Part shown: positions 46,501-58,270 of the stretch, piece by piece
How positions within the stretch are numbered: position 1 is the first letter of the stretch
Layout of the letters: every line of letters starts with the position of its first letter
Assembly: GCF_000315625.1 (NCBI RefSeq)
Contig: NW_005434582.1
Span: 170,152 to 234,151, forward strand
Length of the DNA: 64,000 bases
Source of the DNA: Guillardia theta CCMP2712
Taxonomy: Eukaryota; Protista; Cryptophyta
Direction of reading: 5' to 3'
Notes under the pieces: model-generated
What the model was told of the DNA's origin: nothing
Database searches by the model: none
Seen by the model: the letters and a program-made list of their open reading frames with translations, nothing else
Program-made: the position numbers and the translations under genes

Positions 46501-47235
46501 ACACTAACTCTACACTCTGCAGCAACATCATACGCAGCTTCACCTTCTCCAGCCGTTGGACTTCCACCTTGGAACTCAATGCTGGGCTCGCCTCCAATGT
46601 TCTCATCACTCTCTCGCTCCAGCCCTGATCCCTCCCCTGCTGGTTGCAAGATGCCTTCCCCTCCCCCCCCTCCTCGCCCCCTTCCTCCTCGACACTGGCT
46701 CCTGCGCCTTCACCTTCCCCTTCGCCATAATCCTCTTGCTCTCCTTCTCCTGCAGACATTGCTCCCTCCCCTCGGTCTCAGCTGCCATCACCGCGTGAGG
46801 AGGAAGCCTTTCATAGCTCCATGGCTTACCTGTTGCCGCGCCCTCCGCCAGAGTGTCCGCTCCATCATCTCCAGCTTCGCCCCCATGATCGTCATCCGCA
46901 GATTGATCCACATCCTGCGAGTCTCCTCCTTCCCCAGCGCCCGCATCTCCTGCTCCAGTCTCCTCCTCACCCCCTGTCCCTGCATCGTGATCCCCCTCTG
47001 TACCTCCTTCAGCTCCTTCGGCTCCATGTGCATCTCCAGCATCCTCTCCCGCACCATCCCCTGCACCCTCTCCCTCTCCCTCTCCCTCTCCCGCGCCCTC
47101 TCCCGCGCCCTCTCCTCCGAACTCTCCCGCACCTTCTCCTTCGATACCTCCACCTATCGTCTCTCCGTCCCTCTCCCCTCCTCCTTCCTCTCCCCCTCCG
47201 CCTGCTCCTGCCCCCCCTGCCGCATCGTCCGCCAT
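43530..47235 (-). CDS. CCDC40: Coiled-coil domain-containing protein 40 (axonemal 96-nm ruler subunit, FAP172 homologue) with an acidic Gly/Glu-rich N-terminus; interrupted by an assembly gap
   Basis: LDPSNPLFARIRAALTKQL, KEDVGVELYGVQQQLARMQ, MKSEIAITRRATYKAEE, EKKHQDLLID and FEKKQLIQQWKSSL are characteristic CCDC40 segments. Acidic 5' exons start at 47235. Short 3' exons continue after the N-gap. Confidence 0.85.
44466..44565. other. Assembly gap (100 N, placeholder size)
   Basis: N run inside CCDC40. The C-terminal exons visible are too short for a full protein, so exons are probably hidden in the gap. Confidence 0.95.
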
Positions 47236-48056
47236 TTTCCGTTGACGAGCCGCTCACAGTCGTTGCTCCGGTCTCCCAACATCCGCAGAATTCTATCTTG
47301 AAGGCCCGGAGCTGCGTTTGTATGGCGTTGCAGACGTGAGGGTATGGGGACATGAGGGGTACTTTAGTAGTCAAATACAGGGGTACTGATTTCACAGTAG
47401 GGGTACCTCGATTGGAAGGCAGCCATTTCCCTACACGGGTACTGGGGAAAAAAGGAGAAGGAGGGGGTGGGGGTTCAGGGAACATTCCGTGCTCCAACTG
47501 CAGTCCTGAAGGCGTCGTAGGTGGTGAGAAGAGGAAAAATGAGAGGGAGGGGGGGAGGTGGCGAGGGAATGGACAGAGGAGATGAGGAGCGAAGGGATGG
47601 GAAGACAAGAGAAGGAACGAGGGGAAAAGGGATCAAACAAGAAGGCATAAGGGGGGGAGGAACGAGGAAAGGTAGAAAGTTTTGTTTGTGATTTCCTCTA
47701 GTCCTCAATTCTCAGCGGCTACCTGAACCTCTGATCACCTCAAGCTAGGGTTCTCCTCTTCGTGTCCCTTTGTGCACATGTTAGCTGGTCTATGAATAAA
47801 AAAGCAAGCATAAAGTGTTAAGTCTTGCAGAGAGCTGGGTCGCTGACTTTTTGCGATGTTACACTTTTTGGCATCCAACAAACTTTGTGCTGAAAACAAA
47901 ATCACTGATATCATGCCAAAAACGCAGTAGTAGTGGCTTGATGTAGTAGAGCAAACTTTCGCATTCGAGCATGATCTAAAATACCTGATTGAAAGGGAAA
48001 TTGAGTCGTGAACCTGTTAGTTTCAAGCTGTATAACCGATTGCTTTTGCAGCAACC

Positions 48057-48626
48057 ATGGCGCCAGTGGACTTGAACTTGGTCGGGCAATACTACGCCAT
48101 TATAAGCCGAGCTATGACTGAGGGAACAAAGATTGCTGTCGAAAATGCTGTTAGGATGGTGACGATGGGTACAAACTTGAAATTCTTTCGTTGAGTAGAC
48201 GGGGGACCTGACACACAGTCATGTGCAGGACTTGATGGTGATCTCATCGCCAAAGTTCTCTCATGGGTCATCACAAGAGTCATCAAGAGTGTCGTCGACA
48301 TCAAGACCAAGGCGCTCACCGTTGCTCTGCGGTGTGAGTACCTGCAGCGTCACAAGAGCGTGAAGAGAGCTTGGAACCTGATCAACAAGTGCAGCACATG
48401 CAAGTGCATCGGGCACAACAAACAGGCAAGTTGCACTGCGGCAAGTCTCCGACTGTGATCGGGACGCCATGCCTCGTGGTCTGAGGTGCTGACCTGTGTG
48501 TTTCATCAGAATCATCCCCCGAAGATGAACGATCTGCTCAAGTCGCTGGGGATGATCGATACTGTGATGAAGCAGATTGAAACTTTGGTCACTTCCGATG
48601 GCGATACGTCAGTCCAACTTGACTGA
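48057..48626 (+). CDS. Small hypothetical protein with a zinc-knuckle-like motif (3 exons, one GC-AG intron); not in the ORF track
   Basis: Spliced frame MAPVDLNLVGQYY...MVTMG|LDGDLIAKV...CSTCKCIGHNKQ|NHPPKMNDLL...VQLD*. Donor AG|GCAAGT at 48426, branch CTGAC, acceptor at 48509. Confidence 0.55.
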
Positions 48627-48659
48627 TGGCAGACTCGAGGTTTCGACCTCATGAACTGT

Positions 48660-49380
48660 AGCGCCAGACCGATCCGGGCTGCCATGGCCACTGAGTCATC
48701 ATCCGGCCTGGCATTTCTATGCCAAATATATTGGAGTCGCGGCGAGAGCTACCGTGCCATAGGACTAGTATCAGCGGGGCTCGGGCGGCTTGGATCTGCT
48801 GACATTCTCTTGTTTGTGTGACTTTCTGACGTCCGATCATGTACTATTTCAGAAACTTGGGGAAACGATGGATCGCATGCAAGCCGTGCAAGTGCCAGGC
48901 TGGCCGCCCGGCACTGAGCCTGAGTATGACAGTGCCGCTGTGCCAACAAAACTCTCCTAAACCAAACTTGAAACTTAAAGTTGGCAAGCCCGGCCGCTGC
49001 CGGCGACCCAAGTTACCCGGTAGTACTATAGGCTCGCGGGCCGCCGACTGCCGGGCGGCACTGCCAGGGCCCGGCCCGGCGGGGCGCGGCGCACTACTAG
49101 CCTGAGGCTACTGAGTCACACTGACTGAGCTCCGCCGGGCCGGGCGCCAATTAAGTGCCGCGGCGCCGCCGCCGCACCGGCGTGTGACCGCACCGCGCGC
49201 GGCCGCACTCGGCGGAGCCCTCCGTTTGTTGCCGGGCCGGGAGGCTTCAAGTTGACAACAGAACGGTGACCGGGCCGGGCTGCGGCGGCAGCCCCGGCCC
49301 CGCGGCCCACTGACCGGCAGGCCGGGCGGGTGCCAAGGCCACCGTGACCGTACTGAGTCACTGTGTGACTAGGTGACGTC
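48660..49380. promoter_or_regulatory. GC-rich type B motif block
   Basis: CTGAGTCA occurs three times (~48691, ~49111, ~49353), with AACTTGAA/TTCAAGTT words and dense CCGG/GGCC. Confidence 0.4.
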
Positions 49381-49389
49381 GTGATTTTC

Positions 49390-50590
49390 TATGACAATAC
49401 CCACCCACCCCTTATTCACCGAAGGTCCATGGTAGAATTAAGGTAGGGGTGGAGGTTGTTCTGCACGAGGAAGACACGGAAAAAAATCATCGGGGGTCAT
49501 ATCCTACCCCCGAATGTACATCAATTACCCCTACTTGCAGTGGTGTTCTAGGGGGTAGTCCATGACACCAAATAGTCGAAATATGCTCCTACTCGTATTG
49601 TTCCAACCACACCACTACCCCCAAGTTGACCCCCTGATTGACCCCACCCAGTGAAGAAAGGTTCATGTACCCACCATCGCCATTGGTACAACAACCCCAC
49701 CGCCGTTTGGCATACCCTACCCCATGCAACCAAAAGAGTACCCCACTTGACAAAAAAGATTGACAACCCCTTTTACCCCTTCGTCAATGATCTGAAAACA
49801 GGGGTGTCTTATGACCCTACCCCCTGAACTTAACGAGCAGTCTCTATGACCCCCTTTGACATCCAAATTATTACCCCCCCACCCCCCTGTGATTGCAAGC
49901 TTCTTTACCCACCCCAAAATTCTCTGCACGAGCCAGATGCCCTACATGAAGTTTATAACCCAAGGGGGTAGGGTGCACCACTCCTACCCCCTCTAGAAAG
50001 GGACAGTGTTTATCAAGTAAATTGTTCAAGATACTATGTATGGTGTTATTTACTATTGCTCCACTTAATAAACTTCATATCTTTGACACCTTTGACGTAC
50101 CCAATCCTTGAAACCCCCATCGGAAGGTAGAATGTCCTTCAGGACCCCCCCGTTGGTCAACCACCCCATGTTACTCCTACCACCACCCTACCCTGTTTCC
50201 CACAAAATACCCCGCCACAAACACCAAAGGACCGAATGAAGTACCCCATCCATTACACCACCCTTTTCAGATTACCCCATTCATGGAATGAGTACCCCCG
50301 AAGTTTTGTACCCTACCTCCAATTTCAAAATAAAAAGTTCTTGTATTTCTATTGTAATACCCATGAGAATTGTACCCCTACCCACAAATTTTCATTACCA
50401 CCCTACAATCAAGACAAGTTCAAGACCCTCTCACCCCTACCCCCCCTTGACCACACCCCACCCTCCAGTAGCTTCCCTGCTCGAGTTTGTCCCGGAGAAA
50501 GAGAGCAAACTCATCCCTGAAAAAAAACAATGAAGTACCCCACCCACTTTTTCACCAAGTATCATCGTATAGACTACCCCTTATCAAGAG
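49390..50590. promoter_or_regulatory. Type A TACCC-saturated block
   Basis: Dozens of TACCC/ACCCC words with few GpC dinucleotides. Lies upstream of the GATA-like gene. Confidence 0.4.
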
Positions 50591-51051
50591 TATGAGCTCA
50601 CAACTTGGTCCTTCTTTCTTTCTTTGCTCCCGCCACACGCCATGGCGACCGCGGTATGACAATGTGCCAATCTCCCTTCCCCCCCCCCCGGCATGGCAGG
50701 AAACTGGAGACGCAGTCGCGATTGCGATGATTCCTGTGTTTCCTTCAGGCCTCCTTGATGCTCGTGACTTGATCTCATCAGTCTTCATCCTCTCTGAAAG
50801 ATGCTCCACGTGCAAACATTCACTCCCATCGCCTGTGCACCCGTTTCAATCTCATTTCCCCTCCCTTGTTCATACTTTGTGTCTCATAGTCCTACTATAA
50901 TGCCTTGAAATCAATGTCAAAAATCTCAATACCCCAGCTTCACCTACCATGTACATTGGCCAGGGTCCCTGCTCAACGATCATGCCCAATCGCTCATTGA
51001 CCGTTTGAAGTCTTTCTCTTACCTTCGCCCCCATGTTGCGACGAGTCTCTG

Positions 51052-52533
51052 ATGTTGCCGCAGGCACAAGCGCTCTTGCGCCCGACCGTGCAGCACTCCC
51101 CAACCTTGGAATCTTTTCGGGATGTGCTGAATCGCCCATCCACCAAGAGGACAGAAGGATTGCAACGTTCGCCCAACGGCTCGTCGGGTGAACACACCAT
51201 GGCCAGTATTCTTCTATCAAATCTACGGGAAAGCCCTGTGATGGATTCATCCACCACTCCAAGATCAGAGCAAGTGACGAAAACTGATTGTATCAAGGCC
51301 AGCGCATGCTTACTCTCGGATTTTGCCTTATACCCGAGAGATTCTCACCAGAAGAAGCTCAAGACTTTTGAGATCTCGGAGTTTCGGATCGGTCAACCCA
51401 TCATAACTGTGCTAGAAGATCTGAACCCGCCTGAAGCGGCTGAAGAGAATGAAAAGCTTGCGGCAAAGCGCAAGGCTGAGGAGATGGGATTAGACGAGAA
51501 AGAATTGTTGGCTGCTGAGATCTTGTCCGCTTCTTTCGGAGGAGGAAGCGATAGCGTTGTTAGCGCAAAGAGCGGCAGGAGCAAGGCGGCGAGAACTGAC
51601 GGTCGAGGGCATGGTAATGGCTCTCGCAATTCCAACAGGGCGAGCGTCGCATCAGAGGGGGGTGAGAAAGACTCAACTGTGGGGAGGTTGAGCAATCGGC
51701 GGCAGTCGTCGAGTGACAGCTCCCCGAGTGCTCCGATCGTAGAGTGGGCCCGCAAGGTTGTTGATTTCTTGGAAGTGAACGGGCAGGACCTGCTTCATGC
51801 GATCTGCGCCCATTACAGAATAGAATTCTCGGGAGATATCCGCTCGATCCGAGACTACTCCATCGAGCAACTTGCGCACAATGCAATCTTTAACCCAGCT
51901 CTTCCGAAGACTTCTGGACGACTACCAAAGATGCTGAGGGATGTGGACGGGGTGGCGGATTGGAACATGACATTCTTGAAGAACAAAGCAGGTTTGTTTA
52001 GGCAGCCTTCGGCCGCAACTGTGATACTGACTGAGTCCTGTCTCAGGAATCTTTCGAGCCGTTCGGGTCACAGCAACACTCCATGGAGATCCATTGTTCC
52101 TCGAGTGCAGATGTTGCTCCTACTGCGGTTCTTGCTTCAGTGGTCGCTTCATGAAGCCCAATGCCATGCATCAGCAGGTACGAAGACTCCCGTACTGTTG
52201 CCGTCGCTCTTCGCTCACTTTCCATGTGATTCAGGCTGGGGGATGGAAGGAAATCACTGAGAGGACGGCAGCTGGCAAGTATTCCTGGGCAACCTTGAAG
52301 GGATGGAGACTCTGCGTCCCCTGCTTCACCCATTGGGCTTCCAACGGCACCAACGTGAATGCCAATAGGCCAAGCATTGAGGATCTTGTCACTGAGCAGA
52401 AGCCCGGCAGGACAGAAGGTGTTCTGCGTTGGGAGGTGCGAAGCTGCTTCTGCCCGGTGATCTTACTGACTTGTCGACCTGACAGACCGTCTCTTCTGTA
52501 GCGTTCGACCAGAAGTCTGTGGCGGATCCATAG
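51052..52533 (+). CDS. Hypothetical protein with a C-terminal long-loop GATA-like C4 zinc finger (probable transcription factor)
   Basis: After splicing introns at ~51992-52047 and ~52178-52234, the frame reads CSYC-x43-CVPCFTHWASNG, with the second pair in an 'LC..C...W' GATA-like context. Start is tentative. Confidence 0.6.
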
Positions 52534-52862
52534 GAATCAGTTTGGAAGCATCTGCTTCTTCCGTCAGGGTGGACACACGGGCTGGTTGAGGGCAGATCAT
52601 GATGCAGTTTGTTTTTGTCTGCTCCTCCGCAACATGCAAGGAAGGTCACTATAATGACGATCACGCGGAAGGCTGGATGAAGTGAATGGTTAAAAGTGTA
52701 AAATTTGTTTTCAGTAATTGTTCGGCATCTTTGAACCAGTGCTGGATTGTTGGAATATGTCAGTAAATCTTATAAGATTGAATAGCATGTTGCTTATTGT
52801 GCTAGATTCTACTCCCTCTGCCTTCCAACACCCGCCCCTCCCTGCTGCCACATCGCGATCGC

Positions 52863-53275
52863 TCATGTGTCGCTGAAGACGACCATCCATGGCTGGATGT
52901 ACTGACTTGACGGCGCTGCAGGAGAGTCAGGGACGGGGAGACGAAGCAGAGAGGAGGACGCAGAAAGAGAAGCGAGGAAGAGGGAGGGACCGCAGGGAGG
53001 GCATGGGAGGAGAGGGCATGGGAGGAGAGGGCAGGAGTAGAAGGGACATGAAGGAAGTCGAAATAGAGAGGAGGAGGAGGAGGACAGGAGACGAGCAGGG
53101 GCTACCTGTGAGGTCAGTGCAGCTCTCGATGATTTGTGTAGTGATGCTCCGCAGCCAATCGCAATGCTCCTTGCTCAATTGCGGTGCCTGCATGAGCAAG
53201 ATGAGAAGAGAAGGAACGGGGAGGAGGCGGAGGAGGAGGAGGAGAAGAAGAAGCAGGATTAGGAGGAGAAGCAGG

Positions 53276-53319
<44 letters not shown>

Positions 53320-54119
53320 GAGGTGGGAGGCAAGAGGGAGTCAGACTAAAGCAAGAGGTAGAGATGCGTGAGGAGAGGGGATAGGGAAGGCGATGCGAGG
53401 GTCTCTATCTTGTCCTCTTCCTTCTTGTCTGACAGGAGCAGGTACCTGGGACTCCTCCGTGACCTTCTTAATGGCTGGGAACTGCTCCTCGATCTGGGCC
53501 TTGAAGTTTGCGCCCTTCATGTTGCCGTAGCTCAGCGACTGGTACAGCAGGGCGATCTGGTGGGCCATGTACTTGTGGTTGCTGCTGCTGAGGTCAGCCC
53601 GGATCTGGGAGGCCATGGCGAGGGTCTGGTGGAGGAGTGCGATGTGGTTGATGTACTCCTTGAACGTCACCGACTTGTCCGAGCTGGGCTCGAGCTGCAG
53701 TCTCTCAGCTAGGGAGGGGAACAGCTCCAGCATCCTCAGCTGATCCAGAGCGTCCCGGAGGGACAAGCTGGGGAACAGCTGGCCGCACTCCTTCTGCAGC
53801 TGCATGTAGAGCTGCTCCAACCCCGCTGCACAGACTGTGCGAAGTCCGAGTTGTCGTTCGCCTCTACCAACTGCGCCTCCTTGTCGATCAGGATGCTCAT
53901 CTGAGCACAGATGCAGCCCACCGAGGTCACGTCGGCCCCGAGCTCCTCCTCCTCCTCCTCCCTCCGGCACAGTGGCTCATCCAGCATCACGTGCGCTGGC
54001 TCGTAGCCCCAGTCGAAGAGGTTGGTGCAGGAGACGATCGGGTCCGACTCCGCCAGCCTCGTCCGGATGGCAAACTGCTGGATAGGAGCTGGGCGAGCTG
54101 CTTTCGATGCGTACGACAT
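52863..54119 (-). CDS. Conserved-looking hypothetical protein with an apparent single-base frameshift near 53830
   Basis: ORF 54119-53736 (…DFAQSV) continues in another frame (AAGLEQLYMQ…NHKYMAHQIALLYQ…). Two pyrimidine-rich introns then lead to …PWMVVFSDT*. Confidence 0.6.
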
Positions 54120-54355
54120 GGCTGGCGAGAAGAGTTCACAGGGCCGTCCGAGCTCACTTGCGAAGCATCCGGTGGGGACGAGCTATGGGACGGGGAGGAG
54201 GAACCTAGAAGGAACCTAAGGGTATCAAAAGGTCAGAAGTTGACGTGGTAGTATCCTCCAAGTCTCAAGCACGATCCCTCTTCACCGTTGCTCCATCTCC
54301 ATGCCATCCTAACACCTCTTGTACCTCTCTCCTCTCCTCATCTCTCTCCTCCCCT

Positions 54356-54420
54356 GTCGTGTCGTGTCCTGTCCTGTCGTGTCCTGTCCTGTCGTGTCCT
54401 GTCCTGTCGTGTCCTGTCCT
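54356..54420. repeat. (GTCCT/GTCGT)n pentamer tandem repeat
   Basis: Direct repeat gtcctgtcctgtcgt. Confidence 0.85.
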
Positions 54421-55170
54421 CCACTCCTCCTCTCCAACCTTCACAGTCTGCTCCATCATGTTCATCATCTAGAATGTTACTGACAGAATATCGTACAAGA
54501 TCAAAGGTGTAATGATATGAAATTTTCTTCAACCAAGACAAAGAAAGCAATCTGATCATCATAGCGACACGACCATCATCAAAATCATCTCCTTGTCGAA
54601 CATTCAACAAATTTCCTTCCTTCTTTCCTTCCTGCTTGCCTTCTTGCCTGCCCCTTTCCCTCCCTATCCTTTCCCCCATCTCCACCTTCAGCTCGCTCTC
54701 CATATCCAACTGATCCATCACGCATCAAGCAGCTCTCTTGCACAGAGCCTTCTTAACCAATCTCTTCCTCTCAACACACGGGTTCTCTGACTCGATGCCG
54801 AAAATCGCTTTCGTCCTCCCGCTCTTCCCCACTACCACGTGCCCCCGCCACAAAATACTTCCATTCTGCTCTCCCTGACCTCAGGCACCTGCCTCTCTCG
54901 CACATCCTATTTCTAGACAGCTTTCCTCGTCCCCCGCTGATTCTACTCTCCTCCTCCAACTGCTCCATTTCTTACCCCTCCTGTCTCCATCTTCTGTATT
55001 ACTTCCCTTGCTTCAACTAAGCTCACCTCTTCGTCGCCTCACAACGTCCTTCGCTCTTTTTCATCTACACTCCTGCTCTCCTGATGTAGCCTGTTTGATT
55101 GCTAGCCCAGCGCCTTTTCCTCTCTCCTCCTCCTCCTCCTTTCAGACCCCCATATCTTGCTCTTCCTATC

Positions 55171-55400
<230 letters not shown>

Positions 55401-55589
55401 CTTCATCCTCACCATCCTCCCTCTCCTCTCTCCGTCTTTCTCCCTCCTCCCTCTCATCTTCTCATCCCCGTGAGCAGGCATCTAGATCCTTCCCTCCGCC
55501 TCTTCTCTGCCTCCTCTACTCGCATTTCGCTGCCCTTCTCTCTCTTCAATTGTCAATCATGGGGCGAGCTTGATTTGTCTACACGCGCA

Positions 55590-55970
55590 GGGACTACTGG
55601 TTCCTGATTTTTAACTTAACTTTGAGTAAAGGTTCCGCAGCTCACCTCAGCAAGAATCATAGCAAGGTGACCATGGCAGTAAAAGGTTCACTTACTCAAC
55701 CAAGTTCCGTATGCGACTTGCGGCCCGCCGTGAAACAAAACACTAGTAACGCCGGGTGACTCGGGCCGGGCCCGACTCCCGGCGCCCGGGGGCCGAGTGA
55801 GACTCAGTCAGGCTCGTTAGCCCGAGTCAGTCCAGGCCCGGGACCGAACTTTTTAAACTTTGAAAAGATTAAAACACACTTGGAAAAACTTAAGAAAAAA
55901 AAATGGGCTCCGGGCGGGCCCGACACAAATTCAAGAGTCCCGAGTGTAGGAAGACATCCGATGATCAACT
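55590..55970. promoter_or_regulatory. GC-rich type B motif block next to the tRNA gene
   Basis: Reverse copy of the 25-mer at 55606-55630 and ATCCGATGATCA at 55956-55967. Confidence 0.45.
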
Positions 55971-56034
55971 ACTGGATTCCTGGACAACGTCTGTCCAAAA
56001 AGATATGGCCCGGAGGATTTTCCGGTGTTAGGTC

Positions 56035-56116
56035 CGACAACGATGGGATTCGAACCCACGCAGGGAGACCCTAATGGATTAGCAGTCCATCGCCTTAACC
56101 GCTCGGCCACGTTGTC
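56035..56116 (-). tRNA. tRNA-Ser (anticodon GCT), intronless, long variable arm
   Basis: Minus strand reads GACAACG TGGCCGAGCGGTTAAGGC GATGGA CT-GCT-AA TCCAT T AGGGTCTCCCT GCGTGGG TTCGAAT CCCAT CGTTGTC G. The acceptor stem GACAACG/CGTTGTC, A and B boxes and a downstream T-run are all present. Confidence 0.97.
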
Positions 56117-56403
56117 CTGTCACACAGGTTCATTCTATAGTTTATATATTAGTGACAAGGGTGGGTCCTTTGCTGGTGTTTGCGGGGTAGGGGTGTTGGC
56201 GGGTTCCGAACTATAGATTAGAACGCTATGAGTTCACAGAGTGCAGAAGTGTGAGGGGAAGAGCGAGAGTAGCGTCTTCTTTGATCTTTCTCTTCACCAT
56301 GAGAAGCATCATGTGTCTGCCTCGTTGCCATCAGGACCAGCAGCAACCCCAGCTTCTGGACGGGTTGAGCTTGACGGCGAAAGCGACAGACCTTGGGTAA
56401 TCA

Positions 56404-57748
56404 TTACATTTGTTCATACGCCATCGATCCTGCATATTTGACTTGTCAACCGGCCAACGAAGGTCAAGAGTAAACTGCATGCTCACCGTCTGCATTATGC
56501 CGCCAGTATCGTTTACGAACGTTCACAAACCAATTTGAAACCTGCTCCACACATTTCAACTCAACAGCCCCATCGTGTGAACCAAGATACCTGCACTTCT
56601 GATACCCCAGCCGCACGGGCCAGCGCCTAGATGACATGAACAATTATTGCACACCCCAACAGACAGGAGGAACGATGCAGGATGAAGGAGGCAGGAGGAT
56701 CGTCGCGCACGTGTCTGACCTGCTTCTCTGTCTCCGTTGGGTAAGGGTGTGCGGCATGCTGCCTGAACCACGTGCGAAAGATCTCGACAGCCGACTCCGG
56801 CAGGTTCGCTCTCCTCCTCTTGTTGGCGCACTCACGCTGGAGCTCCTCGACCTTGCTCCCGTACTGGCAGGGCATCAGTTGATGCACAGCAGACCTCTCG
56901 ATGATCTCTGTCAGTAGCTGGTCACCTTTCGTTTCACCGTCTCCTTGAGCCCCTGCCCGTCTTTCAGCGACAACACGTGCATGAGAATCCTGAGACCTGG
57001 ATCTTGTGGCAGAGCTGCGAGCCCTTGAGGAGGGGCTCTGCTACTGCAAAGTCCTCGATAGCGTTGGAGTATTCCGTCAAGAACTTCATGAGGGTCGAAT
57101 AGAAGAGCTCGACTCTCTTCCTCCCTGTGCATGCATGCTCGTCAGTTTGCCGCATCTCTGCTCCCATGGCGCCAGAAGTCACTCACTGCGGCGAGTCAGG
57201 GCAACGAAGGCCCTCAGGGCTTCGGTCAGCAACGGCGATTCCTCATCGCCCTCAAGATAGCCCTGTTACCATGAAGAGCCGTTAGAGCATGTGAGACCAA
57301 GTAGAGAGCGCTTTGCTCCACGAACTGTGTTCAGATCCTCGTCTTCGTTCTCGTCCTCCTCGTCGCAGGCGATGTCGTCTTCCGATTTAATGAAGGAACG
57401 CAAGAGCATCTCGTACTCCTGCAGCGAGTGTGGGCAACCAGTGAGGAAACCTTGATCATGAAGGGAAACCAACAAAGGCATATCACACTTTGATAGCCAC
57501 AGGCCATAGATCATGCTTCTCGACTTCTTCCGCGAGCTTCTTCGCCTGATCATCGAGCCCAATGTCGATGTTCTCTGACAAGCTGAGTCAGTCTCCTTCT
57601 TTACATTGCGATATCCTCGGATCAGGTGTGGGAGAGACTTACTGAGAGCTTCTGAGAGGGAGTCGAACCCAATTTCATCGCTCTGTGGCTCCTCCAGCAC
57701 CAGCTCATTGCGCGTTACCACAAAGAACACCTCCTCCGATGCCGCCAT
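56404..57748 (-). CDS. KNOX-like TALE homeobox transcription factor (ELK-like helix + TALE homeodomain)
   Basis: Spliced frame GLKETVKRK|YGSKVEELQRECANKRRRANLPESAVEIFRTWFRQHAAHPYPTETEKQ|ALARAAGVSEVQ|VSNWFVNVRKRYW. Shows the HPYP three-residue loop extension and the WFxN helix 3. Confidence 0.82.
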
Positions 57749-57779
57749 TGCCTGAGCTTTCTGTTTGCCCCCTGCCGTC

Positions 57780-58270
57780 ACCACCCCACCTCACTCTATC
57801 TCTTCGATCACTAAAAGTACCCCTACTTTCAATAGAATTGATTCCTTATTTACACCGGTGATCATGAAGTATACCCTACCCTTTTCCACTCCATTCCAGA
57901 TATTGACCACCCCATACGGACCCACCCCGTTATACAAAGTCCTTTGCCCCACCCCCTACCCCCTCAATTCGTCCGTACCCCCAAATTCACAAAAATTCAG
58001 TCTACAACTGACCCCTATTTTTGTTATGAAAGTACCCCTATTCAGATAATGTATTGGAATAACCCTACCCACTATCAAGAGATACCCCCCACCCAGACAA
58101 ATCACGGATTCCACTGATCCACGACTCATAAAGGCATGCAAACATTCCTGTGGTGGGGTAGTCCCGCAATCCCACGGGGGTGGGTATATCTGTACGAGGT
58201 TACAGACGACTACAGGGGGTGAGGGTACTATTATTACGGTAAAGGGGTGGGGTGGGGTCAGGGTGTGAAC
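57780..58270. promoter_or_regulatory. Type A TACCC block upstream of the homeobox gene
   Basis: Dense TACCC/GTACCC/GGGTA words. Confidence 0.4.

Noticed and set aside
55983-55990. GACAACG copy of the tRNA 3' end as an integration (att) site
   Set aside because: Only 7-8 bp, with no integrase or inserted element between the copies.
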